This document shows, one piece after another, positions 53,438 to 62,561 of a stretch of DNA of 64,000 nt. A program made the translations under genes and the position numbers. Under the pieces are notes generated by a model. It made no database searches and was not told the origin of the DNA. It saw only the letters and a list, made by a program, of their open reading frames with translations. Each line of letters begins with the position of its first letter. Within the stretch, counting starts at the first letter, position 1. The stretch is from positions 36,101 through 100,100 of the IMG/VR virus record IMGVR_UViG_3300032030_000037; one strand, written 5' to 3'. The stretch is from a virus. Lineage: Duplodnaviria; Caudoviricetes.

Positions 53438-54109
53438 ATGGAAAATACAGTAATAGATTCAATTAATATCAATAGCGCTAATTTAAATAGCGACGGGACT
53501 ATAACACTTACTGCCGACAACGGAACAACTACTTGTTCCAGTAGCAGTAGTATAACAATAGATCCCAGTGCTTTTAGTAATAGTTTAAACTATGCTGGAA
53601 CCTTGACGAATCTAGGCAACGGTATAGTATGTAACACTGCAACTGGAAACTATTATTCAACAACTGCCTCATGTGGTTTCGATTCGTGGGACGTTGCAGA
53701 AAAATCAGAAACTTTGGAAGATGTAGTAAAGAAAAGACTTGAAGATCTAATAGAGGATGAAGATGAGATGATGCCTCTTATTAAAAATTATCTCAGAAAA
53801 TATCTTGAAAAAGTTATGGATAATCCAGATGAGATAATTAAAAGAGATGAAGAGATTAAAAAACAAAAGGAAGAGATTAAAGATCTTAAGGAACAGGTAA
53901 AATCATTGAAAGAAGAGATAAGAGTTCTACAGTCATACAAGCCTATTGGACTTGGGGACTATGATTATATAGGAACGAATCTCCCGGGAATTACAGTAAC
54001 AACGGCTGATTCGTCCTGGTACTATGATTCAAATGCCGTTACGTCTTCTTCCTCATTTACTGAAGTATATAAAAATAGCTGTCAAAACACTACTTCTACA
54101 ATCGGCTGA
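53438..54109 (+). CDS. Hypothetical coiled-coil protein with Ser/Thr-rich termini
   Basis: Heptad segment EIKKQKEEIKDLKEQVKSLKEEI. Confidence 0.6.
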   Translation: MENTVIDSININSANLNSDGTITLTADNGTTTCSSSSSITIDPSAFSNSLNYAGTLTNLGNGIVCNTATGNYYSTTASCGFDSWDVAEKSETLEDVVKKRLEDLIEDEDEMMPLIKNYLRKYLEKVMDNPDEIIKRDEEIKKQKEEIKDLKEQVKSLKEEIRVLQSYKPIGLGDYDYIGTNLPGITVTTADSSWYYDSNAVTSSSSFTEVYKNSCQNTTSTIG

Positions 54110-54112
54110 AAA

Positions 54113-54123
54113 CCTTATATATG
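54113..54123 (+). promoter_or_regulatory. CCTTATATATG promoter motif heading the ribozyme-containing transcript
   Basis: Perfect motif followed by a 5' hairpin (aaagagactaga/tctagtctcttt). Confidence 0.65.
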
Positions 54124-54189
54124 TAGAAATACCTAAAGAGACTAGAGAACGATTTCTAGTCTCTTTAATCTTCTAATGTGCTTGAAACG

Positions 54190-54757
54190 AATAGTACTAC
54201 GGATTATACAATATACGGAAGGTGCATACACGGAATTGTATAATTAAGATCTGGGAGTGATTAGTCCAGCGTCGTCTGAGCGACGTTAAAATATGTATGG
54301 CCAAAAGCTTAATAGAGTTGTTGTTAGCTCTACGCGTAAAGCGGCTTTTGGTATAGGCTTAGAGCGGAAAGAATTAAATATGGTTTTTACGACATAGCCA
54401 CGCCGGGTGGCCCCATTGTGAGGGCACGCCTGGTGGGCAATATAACAATTTTAAATAATTTTATAAATCGAAGAGATTTATAAACCTGAGACATTGAGAG
54501 TATCTGATGAAGATATTTCAATAGAGATGTTTCAAAACGCAGTAACCATGTATACGTGGTGAACTGAGAAAAATAAACTAGATACTGTAAATCTAGGTTA
54601 TGTAGTATCAGAGCGTTAATATAGTTCGGAAAAGTATTACAGACAAGTACCACTAGGAAATTTAAGGAAAGTTAACTTTCTTTATAAGGATATATTAAAT
54701 TATAAAATAAGAATGAGTAAATCCCGAGGAGGGAAGAAAATGAAATCCTAGTACTAT
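54190..54757 (+). ncRNA. Large (~570 nt) structured RNA domain
   Basis: No credible ORF. Ends pair (atagtacta-c-ggatt / aatcctagtactat), enclosing at least 8 hairpins. Confidence 0.55.
54270..54396 (+). ncRNA. Pistol-like self-cleaving ribozyme (variant with inserted stem)
   Basis: P1 cgtcg/cgacg. Loop tctgag pseudoknots with cttaga (54358-63). ttaaaata linker, 'tagg-PK-gcg' core, P2 tatg/cata, wobble-rich P3. Predicted cut G54391/A54392. Confidence 0.7.
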
Positions 54758-54867
54758 ATTGAAAGTCTTTGGGAGAGAAGCCTAAAGCAAAACTATATAA
54801 ACGGAAAGGTATAATTTAAATAATAACCTTTCCATTAATTTTTCAAGAAACCAATTTTATAACAAAT

Positions 54868-55050
54868 ATGCAGATTCTTAAAGCACTTGCGGCTATCATT
54901 GCTGTTCCTACAGCTATTGTTGCTGGAATCAATGAGACCGCCAAACTCGCCGATGCATCAAGAAAATCCGGCGGGTTATTCCGAGAGATCGGAAAAGAAA
55001 TCAAATCAGTCTTCAATACTGCCAAATCAATTGGCAAGAAAAATGACTAG
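54868..55050 (+). CDS. Small hydrophobic/amphipathic protein (60 aa) between the ribozymes
   Basis: ATG after an A-rich leader; overlaps the next ORF. Confidence 0.55.
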   Translation: MQILKALAAIIAVPTAIVAGINETAKLADASRKSGGLFREIGKEIKSVFNTAKSIGKKND

Positions 55051-55174
55051 AGAGGAAAAGAGTCCGGATGGATCTTACAAAAAGATCGACCTAGGATCTC
55101 CACGAGACTGGGCATGGGCAACTTTACTGTTTACCATAGCACTCAAAGTCTTTCAGTCATTATTTAAAGACTAG
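55043..55174 (+). CDS. Small membrane peptide (43 aa) between the ribozymes
   Basis: MTREEKSPDG...WAWATLLFTIALKVFQSLFKD. Confidence 0.5.
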   Translation: MTREEKSPDGSYKKIDLGSPRDWAWATLLFTIALKVFQSLFKD

Positions 55175-55201
55175 AATTCCTAGTGGGCCCTTTAAGACCC
55201 A

Positions 55202-55279
55202 CTCTGTAGTACGTTTAATACGTGCCTGATGAGACCAGAGACATTCCCCTAAAAAGGAATGCCAAAGGTCGAAACAGAG
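55202..55279 (+). ncRNA. Type III hammerhead ribozyme
   Basis: Stem III ctctgt/acagag, GUA cleavage triplet (cut after A55208), stem I gtacgt/acgtgc, core CTGATGA (55226-32), stem II gacc/ggtc extended by cattcc/ggaatg, then GAAA. Confidence 0.92.
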
Positions 55280-55348
55280 AATAAAAACCGGCTACTAATG
55301 TTAGCAAACGTTTATATTCAACATGAATAAACTATTAACAAACATAGC

Positions 55349-55591
55349 ATGAAAGAAGAAAAGAAAAAATTTAACTGGAAGAAGGCCGGAATTGTAGCAG
55401 CATTAGCAGCTGTTGCAGCCGGTTCATTTCTTCTTGGGGTGCTAGCCGGAAAGGAGCACCCAGAAAAAGTGCTTGAGTTGGAGAACCGATCACTCAGGCG
55501 AGAGCTTAAGAAAACCCAGAATCGGGTTGAGAGCCTATCGTATAGGCTGGGCAAGGTCGCCCAACTACTTGAGACCTACAGAAAAGAGTAG
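55349..55591 (+). CDS. Membrane-anchored coiled-coil protein
   Basis: TM segment followed by heptads. Confidence 0.6.
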   Translation: MKEEKKKFNWKKAGIVAALAAVAAGSFLLGVLAGKEHPEKVLELENRSLRRELKKTQNRVESLSYRLGKVAQLLETYRKE

Positions 55592-55596
55592 CCGCT

Positions 55597-55980
55597 ATGA
55601 ATCAGGTAATTTTAGTGAACGGAAAGGCGGTTACGGGGATGTTCGATTACGCCCCAGGAAATGGAATGATGTATGAAGGAGAGTATAATATCTCTGAGCT
55701 CAAAAACATCATCTTTACAAAAAATTCAATCGACAATCCTGCAGTTGAAAGCCTTCTGCGGGAAAAGTATGGCCTTGGGAAAAATCTTCCTGAGGTTCAA
55801 TCTAAGTACAATCCGAAGACGAAGGGATTTGAAAAAGATCTTCGCACATATATTGATGCAGGAGATATTGTATATTCCGTTGTGACTCCGGATGGTGAGA
55901 AAATTCATCGTGGAAAACTTAGCGGTGATACATTGCCGATAGATCTGAAGATTAAGGTCCTCAAATATATCGGAATCTAA
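55597..55980 (+). CDS. Hypothetical protein
   Basis: 127-aa ORF in the same operon. Confidence 0.6.
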   Translation: MNQVILVNGKAVTGMFDYAPGNGMMYEGEYNISELKNIIFTKNSIDNPAVESLLREKYGLGKNLPEVQSKYNPKTKGFEKDLRTYIDAGDIVYSVVTPDGEKIHRGKLSGDTLPIDLKIKVLKYIGI

Positions 55981-56016
55981 TAATTGTTTAACTCTTAATA
56001 CCCAACAAAAGAAAGT

Positions 56017-57366
56017 ATGGCAAAAGAGAGAACTGTCGAATACTATCAAACCCTGTTTATGGGAACCGGTACTGAATTCGACATAAAAAAGCTTTACAAA
56101 GCGGCGAAAGAAGCAGATGACCTTCACGACTTCCCCAAAAGAAGCGATGCGGCCTATCAAGTTTGGGCTTCAAAAATACTTCGTCGCCTAGAAGGAACCC
56201 CTTTGGTAACTATAACCAGAGCAGGAAAATCCTATAAAACAATCCAGGTTCACGATGCTAACGGAGCTGCTTTACTTCTTGGAAAAGGAAGCGAAGACAA
56301 CAAAACTCCTGTATCGGAACCGAAAAAAGAAACACCGACTGAAATCACAGAAGCTGTCATCGCCTATACGATGGAAGACAAATTTGTGATTTCCTGCAAG
56401 GCTCTTCGCTTTGCCGTTCGAACCAGCAATGGCGGAATAGAAGCGAAGATTAAGCCCGAAGATCTCATGGAAGCGTGTCTTCATAAGGAAAGATTTCCAG
56501 AGATTGCAGAAATTATTCAGGCCCTTTCTGATATCAACTTGGACATACAACTTCCTGTTGTGAAAGAAGAGGAAAAACGGATTATCTTTACTAATCACGT
56601 TTCAGACCTGAAAAAAGTGTGTGATAGGGGAACTGAATTGTATCCCTCTCGCTGGAAAAACCTCTTTAACTTTAAGTTTGCTTGCGACAAGGCTTATGAT
56701 GCTGCATTGGAAACTCTCCGTAAGGAAAAAAGGGGTGAAATTAAACCAGCAACAAAGACATCGGCCATAGAGGTTTTTACCGATGATGATAACTTCCGAG
56801 TTTTCATCATGGGAGGATACCTTATGGATAAGATGAAGGAGAGCCACGAAAATGCATCCATTCGAGAGCTTGGAACTGTATTAGAGAAAAGAGGTAGGAG
56901 TCTCAGCACTCTTAGACTTGAGTCTCTGATTAATAGTGTACCTGAGTTCTACGTGGATGGAACTGAAGTGTATCTCAAACTGAAAGACAAGGACGACAAA
57001 GATTTCTGGGACAAGTTCCGGAAAAAATACTGGCCGTTATCTGGGGAAAAAGAGCAGATTATCTGCAACCTCAGGATGTCTCTGGAAGAAATTTCTGAGA
57101 AACTCTCTGGAAGCCAGGTAAAGCTGGTAGACGAGCATCCTGATGGATTTAACACTTTCCGTGTTGATCTTCCCAAGAACTCGGTAGTCGCGAAGTACAA
57201 CTTTGCAGACTTCATGAACTGCCTCCGAAAAGGAGAGCAGATCTACACTGACAGCAAGTTCGTCGATAGTCTCTGGTCTCTTAAGAAGAAAAGAGATTCG
57301 TCACTGAAGATTCAGGACGACCTTTATCGATATGAGATCGGATATTTTGGAAAGAAGAGGGTTTAG
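56017..57366 (+). CDS. Hypothetical protein (449 aa)
   Basis: Long ORF; no recognised motif. Confidence 0.75.
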   Translation: MAKERTVEYYQTLFMGTGTEFDIKKLYKAAKEADDLHDFPKRSDAAYQVWASKILRRLEGTPLVTITRAGKSYKTIQVHDANGAALLLGKGSEDNKTPVSEPKKETPTEITEAVIAYTMEDKFVISCKALRFAVRTSNGGIEAKIKPEDLMEACLHKERFPEIAEIIQALSDINLDIQLPVVKEEEKRIIFTNHVSDLKKVCDRGTELYPSRWKNLFNFKFACDKAYDAALETLRKEKRGEIKPATKTSAIEVFTDDDNFRVFIMGGYLMDKMKESHENASIRELGTVLEKRGRSLSTLRLESLINSVPEFYVDGTEVYLKLKDKDDKDFWDKFRKKYWPLSGEKEQIICNLRMSLEEISEKLSGSQVKLVDEHPDGFNTFRVDLPKNSVVAKYNFADFMNCLRKGEQIYTDSKFVDSLWSLKKKRDSSLKIQDDLYRYEIGYFGKKRV

Positions 57367-57958
57367 GCCCTTTTCTTTTTATTCCGTCTAGGAACCTCTT
57401 AATGCTTTATTAATGTAAAAAGAAATATAAACGGATATAGAAATTATAATATTTTCTATATCTTTTCTTTCAAGATGAAAAATATGTATGAAACCTATAA
57501 AAAATTTCTTTCCTTTATTAATTTATAACCCCAATAGTTATAAATTACGATTTAAGTTCTAATATCTCACAATGTTTAGTATTGAATTCTTAGAAACCAA
57601 TAACAAAACTGATATGAAAATAATTAAACTTAAGAGCCTTGAAGTAAGGGTTCTCAGTCTTAATGCTTTCGTAGAGGTCTTTAAGAGTAATAGAGAAAAA
57701 GAACAGGTAGTAGAAATTAATCTCCCTTGTAAAATCGCTTGGGAAAAAGGAAACCTAATCATTTATGTAAGAGATGATGTTTATGGTCCTGCCGCCGAAC
57801 TCTACTATGATGTATTCTATGGAGACTTACGAGCAAATGGACTAAAACGCGATGCCATTGAGGAAGCCTGGAAAATATTAACCCCAGAACTCTTGGGCAT
57901 GTAAAGGAAAGAAAAAAGATAACCCCGATATTACTATAAAGGGATTATCTATTTTTTT

Positions 57959-58582
57959 TTATTCTGACTTAAGATGAATAAGTCTAAAATATCTATCTAC
58001 ACTATGAAAGCCTGTCAAGAAATACTGCTTTCTATCCTCTGGTTCATTAGATAAGCCATAGGATATCATAAAATCTTCAAGACTAACTACAGTATCTTGT
58101 AAAAATCTCTTAAGTTCTTCTGACTCAAGATATTTTGCTGCACAACCTGGTTGGAGTTCAGCAAGAGATACGTGTGGTGTATATGAATCAAAATCTAAAG
58201 AAACATCATATCTTTGTCTTAGACCTTTATTTATTTTTTGAAGTGGTTCGTATATTACTGATTCTGGTTTTAATTTTAGAACTACATAATCTGAATCATT
58301 TTCAAAACTTCCAAGCTCAAAGACATCTAAAACTGGGATTTCCCTTGGGTTTTGTATTTTTTCTACAAGGTCCCAATATTCATCTCCCAATATTTCCTTC
58401 ATATCATACACTAATCTTGACCTATCGATTTCTTTACCTTGTGCATATAATAATGTGATATGTGAATCAAGCTCTACCCCAGTGTCCTTCAGGTCTGGCT
58501 CATCAAACATAACTTTAAGACTAATGGGGCAATCTAAGTTAACAGCTAGCATTAAGCAGCTGTTTAATTCTTTATTTTCCAT
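57959..58582 (-). CDS. 2H phosphoesterase, T4 gp57B/Acb1-like
   Basis: Paired HxT/S motifs: DSHITLLY and YTPHVSLA. Confidence 0.75.
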   Translation of the reverse strand: MENKELNSCLMLAVNLDCPISLKVMFDEPDLKDTGVELDSHITLLYAQGKEIDRSRLVYDMKEILGDEYWDLVEKIQNPREIPVLDVFELGSFENDSDYVVLKLKPESVIYEPLQKINKGLRQRYDVSLDFDSYTPHVSLAELQPGCAAKYLESEELKRFLQDTVVSLEDFMISYGLSNEPEDRKQYFLTGFHSVDRYFRLIHLKSE

Positions 58583-58587
58583 AGTCT

Positions 58588-61500
58588 TTATTTAGTTTTA
58601 CCAAGAGCCTTGAGTCTAAATTTATTCTTTCTAGCCTCAATCTCTGCCTTAACTGAAGATCCACCTTGTCTATAACCAGATTCTTGGTCAACAACAGTAA
58701 GACCCATACCAAGAAGTTGATTAAGGAATGTCTGATTATCTTCTTTTGCTCTATCTCCACGCGCTGCCTCAATATATGATTTAGCATTTCTTGATAGAAG
58801 AACAGATAGAGACATCTCCTCAATCTTCTGTCCTGTTTCTCTATATCTACCACGTCCCATAGCAGGCTCATCTCTATTCGGATCAACCCCCTGGTAATAC
58901 ATGCTAGTAGTTACTTTATTGCTATAACTAGGAATATGATAAAGTTCTTCAAGAGTCATCCATCCACACTGTAATGGCTTTTCAACTTTTCTCATCTTTC
59001 CCTTCATTCCCTTGACTATCTCCTCATACTCGTCAGGGTCTAGATTTGCCTTAAGCTCTTCTAGGTCTGCGAGTTCTGATTCTGGCATTAAGATATCATA
59101 CTGACTAGAAACACCAAGCTCATCCATCCATTCTTGAACTTTAGCAGGAGTGAAGTCAGAGAAACAACCAACATTAATATAATATACCTCTTCAATTGGA
59201 TTAGATTCGTGAAGCTTTATAAATTCTTCAACACTAAGATTATCATATCGACCAGGGTAATATTTTTTAATCATTGGCATTATCTTCTTTCTCCCTGACG
59301 CTGTTCCCTTATATTCTTCTACAAGATCATATATCTTGTGAATAATATTACCAAGAGACTGTTCAAGAAGTACACCAGCAATCTTACGATTAATAGTAGA
59401 GTACGGATTCATAACAACTTCTACTCTGTGCTGTCTTCCGTTCTTTTCAACCATGATAGGCATAAGCTCATCTGGAACTACGGTAGATATAACACCTTTA
59501 CCTCCATATCTATTAGTTACTTTAGAGCCAACCATTAATGTAGTCTTCTTGATTAGTCTAATTCTAACTATATATGTAGTTTTGAAATCATAGGGGTCCA
59601 TATCCACCGGGTCTAAGGTATCAGAAGCAATATATTCTGGGAATTTATCATAGATTATTTTTCTATTCTTCTCATTCATATATTCTTCAATAACCTTATC
59701 AGACTCATGGGAGAAAGTATAGTCAGGCTTCTTTACTGATTTACTGATAATAGGTTTCTCTTGTTTCTGAACTATTACATCAGATACCCAAGCTTCGTCT
59801 ATATTATTGGGAACTTTATATACTAGCTCTTGCGTAAATTCAGTAAGATTTTGTCCGGGTTCACCAAAAAGTCCGCCAAGTTTTTCAGTCAGTGCTTTAT
59901 TTACTTCATCTAATCGTGTAACAGAGTATACAGAAGTTATTGGATCTATATATTTAACTCGTAGACCGATAGGAGGTAGCCATTTAATACACTGATTAGT
60001 TTTTATTTTGTAGACTAGGTCAACTATTGAATAATGCTTCATTCTTTCTGCATATGATTCAGAAACAACTAGAGCATCTTCATTGATAAGTCCGAAATGT
60101 GCTGAGAATAGGACAAGGGTATTAAGTCCAGGTTTATATGTACTATCACTAAGTCCGACAGGTCCAGTAATAACATCTCCCTTCTTTACTATCTGACCTA
60201 CTTTTACCTTCGGCTCAGAAAATACGTCAACATCATTTATACTTTGAATTGCCGTTCTTCTGGGAGTTTTTACTTCTTCACCTGAGGTTAGTTTAATATA
60301 CACATTATCCTCATCTATTTTAGTCACCTTTCCCTCGTCGTAATCAAATCTATCATTCAACGTATTGGTATGTAGTTCTTCTGCCCGACCAGTATCCACT
60401 AGAGGTCTTTGTGCATTAGCTAGTGGAATTGACTGTTTGAGCATAGAAGTACCCATTGAAATACGAACAGAATCGGTGAAATTTATAAATGGAATACGTC
60501 TAGAGACTTCAGAGAGTCGGTAGTCAGGATGAAGATCAATAAGCTCAACTTCGCTAACGTCGACCATTTTTCTTCTCATTCTATGCTTGACTTCTACTTG
60601 TCCTTCAGCATTTGGCTTAAGGGTCTTAGTATTATAGTCTACATAGGCAGAAGCACAAACTTTATGATCCAAGTAATCTATGTACTTTATAGTTATCTTA
60701 TTGAAGTCCTTGTCATATACGTCAAAGAGAACACCATCAGTATCACTAATATGTGTGGATACTGTCAGCGAATTTTGAATATTAGTATTCTGGTTGATAG
60801 GTGTATCTGCAAAGTCAATAAGGTCAGCCATAGAAGCATTATAAGCAATAGTTTTAGGAATAACAATTTTTTGTCCGATACTCTCTAAGTTTATTGCATT
60901 AACACCAGGAGGAACTTGTAGATTAGCCTCACCCGCTTTTGCCTCAGGAGTTCCTTTAAAGAATCTGAATGCAAGAGTCGATATAGGATTAAGCTCTTCT
61001 TGTATTTTTCCTTCTTTTCTATAATAATTAGCTATGGCTCTTCTAGCGTTAGTTAGATTACTTCCTCTAGCACCACCATGAAGCATATAATTCATGAAAC
61101 CGACTGGAACAGACTCAATTGTTTTATCAATAATCAAATCTTTAAGTTTATCATCTCCATAGTCGATACACTCGTTTATAAGCTTAGTGGTAATAAATTC
61201 TGGGGTATAGTCTAGATCAAGTTTGATTGCAAATTTCTTTCCCTGTTCCGGAGAAAGTCTTAGCATTTCTCTCTTAGGATAATCATCTATTTTATCATAA
61301 GGAACTTCAACAGCCCTCATAAGATAATTTCCTTCTTCGTCTCTTTTTAACTTTAGGATTTTTTTGTTTATGTCATATCTTCTTGCATAGTCAAATTGAA
61401 TCTCACGTTCTCCTCGACCACTCATTTTGATACGACAGTTCCAGTCAGGTTCAAGTTTATTTGTAGCAATTCTATATGAGCCCTCGATAATAAATGTTCC

Positions 61501-61755
61501 ATCAATTTCTTTAGGAACTTCAAAGGTAGATGACAAGATAGTAGGATTATCACCTATAGTATAATCAACCTGAACTGTCCAAACCGCAGTGAGTTTATTC
61601 TCAATGTAGTATGAAGCTGGTTGTGGGTCTTCCTCTACTATATGGAAAGTCATGCTTGAAATCTTCTTTGAGCTATATATATCAGGGGCATTAAGATAAT
61701 TTGCTACTAAGTCCTTTGCGCCTTTGTCTCTAAAATACCCGTTAAAGTTACTCAT
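58588..61755 (-). CDS. rpoB: Phage DNA-directed RNA polymerase beta subunit
   Basis: IPFI...DSVRISMGTSMLKQSIPL, NEDALVVS, GSKVTNRYGGKGVIS, VVMNPYS..NR, GQKIEEM. Confidence 0.9.
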   Translation of the reverse strand: MSNFNGYFRDKGAKDLVANYLNAPDIYSSKKISSMTFHIVEEDPQPASYYIENKLTAVWTVQVDYTIGDNPTILSSTFEVPKEIDGTFIIEGSYRIATNKLEPDWNCRIKMSGRGEREIQFDYARRYDINKKILKLKRDEEGNYLMRAVEVPYDKIDDYPKREMLRLSPEQGKKFAIKLDLDYTPEFITTKLINECIDYGDDKLKDLIIDKTIESVPVGFMNYMLHGGARGSNLTNARRAIANYYRKEGKIQEELNPISTLAFRFFKGTPEAKAGEANLQVPPGVNAINLESIGQKIVIPKTIAYNASMADLIDFADTPINQNTNIQNSLTVSTHISDTDGVLFDVYDKDFNKITIKYIDYLDHKVCASAYVDYNTKTLKPNAEGQVEVKHRMRRKMVDVSEVELIDLHPDYRLSEVSRRIPFINFTDSVRISMGTSMLKQSIPLANAQRPLVDTGRAEELHTNTLNDRFDYDEGKVTKIDEDNVYIKLTSGEEVKTPRRTAIQSINDVDVFSEPKVKVGQIVKKGDVITGPVGLSDSTYKPGLNTLVLFSAHFGLINEDALVVSESYAERMKHYSIVDLVYKIKTNQCIKWLPPIGLRVKYIDPITSVYSVTRLDEVNKALTEKLGGLFGEPGQNLTEFTQELVYKVPNNIDEAWVSDVIVQKQEKPIISKSVKKPDYTFSHESDKVIEEYMNEKNRKIIYDKFPEYIASDTLDPVDMDPYDFKTTYIVRIRLIKKTTLMVGSKVTNRYGGKGVISTVVPDELMPIMVEKNGRQHRVEVVMNPYSTINRKIAGVLLEQSLGNIIHKIYDLVEEYKGTASGRKKIMPMIKKYYPGRYDNLSVEEFIKLHESNPIEEVYYINVGCFSDFTPAKVQEWMDELGVSSQYDILMPESELADLEELKANLDPDEYEEIVKGMKGKMRKVEKPLQCGWMTLEELYHIPSYSNKVTTSMYYQGVDPNRDEPAMGRGRYRETGQKIEEMSLSVLLSRNAKSYIEAARGDRAKEDNQTFLNQLLGMGLTVVDQESGYRQGGSSVKAEIEARKNKFRLKALGKTK

Positions 61756-62118
61756 TTATGATAATGTTTTTATACTTAATTGTTTATACTCACAATCAAC
61801 TGAGTCAAAAAATTCTTCTAGCTCACCTTTAATCATATCTTTAAGGTCCCTAGCTTCTTTCCATTCTGCCATAGGAAGCTCGCCGGAACATCTAAAAAAT
61901 GAATCATAAGTAACTAGATAATTATATGTGTCCCTTAATTGATAAAGAACGAGTTTGACAGAGAATCTTTCATATTTCTCAGGGATATTTTCTTTGAGAT
62001 TTTCATAAAGTATCTCTCTTGCTTTCACTACGTTCTCTTCTTTGCTATCTAGGACGTTATAGGGAATTTCATATGATAACGTTATTTTAAAATAGTAGTT
62101 ATCAACATCTTTATTCAT
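61756..62118 (-). CDS. Hypothetical protein in the RNAP operon
   Basis: Abuts the rpoB start. Confidence 0.65.
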   Translation of the reverse strand: MNKDVDNYYFKITLSYEIPYNVLDSKEENVVKAREILYENLKENIPEKYERFSVKLVLYQLRDTYNYLVTYDSFFRCSGELPMAEWKEARDLKDMIKGELEEFFDSVDCEYKQLSIKTLS

Positions 62119-62120
62119 AA

Positions 62121-62372
62121 CTAAAACTCACCAATATTCATCATATTCCCTCCGCCTAATCCAAATGCCGGTTTTTCTTCGGCCGGTTTGGAACTAGATG
62201 CAGGGGACTTTCTCCGGGTAGTTTTATTGTCCACTTTATTATCTACGGCCGGAGTTCTATCGGCATCAGGGGTAAAGGCGGTATCTGAATATATAACCTC
62301 CCCATCTCGCCGTATTGTTATTTCTATTTTTAATTCTCTCTTAAATTCAGGGATATCAAACTCTATCTTCAT
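62121..62372 (-). CDS. Small protein in the RNAP operon
   Basis: 83-aa ORF. Confidence 0.6.
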   Translation of the reverse strand: MKIEFDIPEFKRELKIEITIRRDGEVIYSDTAFTPDADRTPAVDNKVDNKTTRRKSPASSSKPAEEKPAFGLGGGNMMNIGEF

Positions 62373-62561
62373 ATCTTCTTAATAATTTTACCTGGGTTTT
62401 GAAGTTATCGCCACCCAGGATTTTATTATTTTTTCTTTTCGTCCACTTTATCCTTCTTTTCCTGATAAAGATTTACTTGTTTTACTATTTCTACAATCCC
62501 AGTAATTATGGTTGATATCATTGATAGAATTCTTATAAAATCTTTTAATTTTATTGTCATC

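Noticed and set aside
54402-54441. HDV-like ribozyme (gccgggt/gcctggt followed by gggcaa)
   Set aside because: No P2/P3 or UCCNCGY loop between the P1 strands; a simple hairpin explains it.
54495-54540. Second hammerhead at ctgatga
   Set aside because: The putative stem II is followed by CAAAA rather than GAAA, and stems I and III are not evident.
54387-54653. 88-aa minus-strand ORF
   Set aside because: GTG start, no promoter motif, and antisense to the structured RNA.
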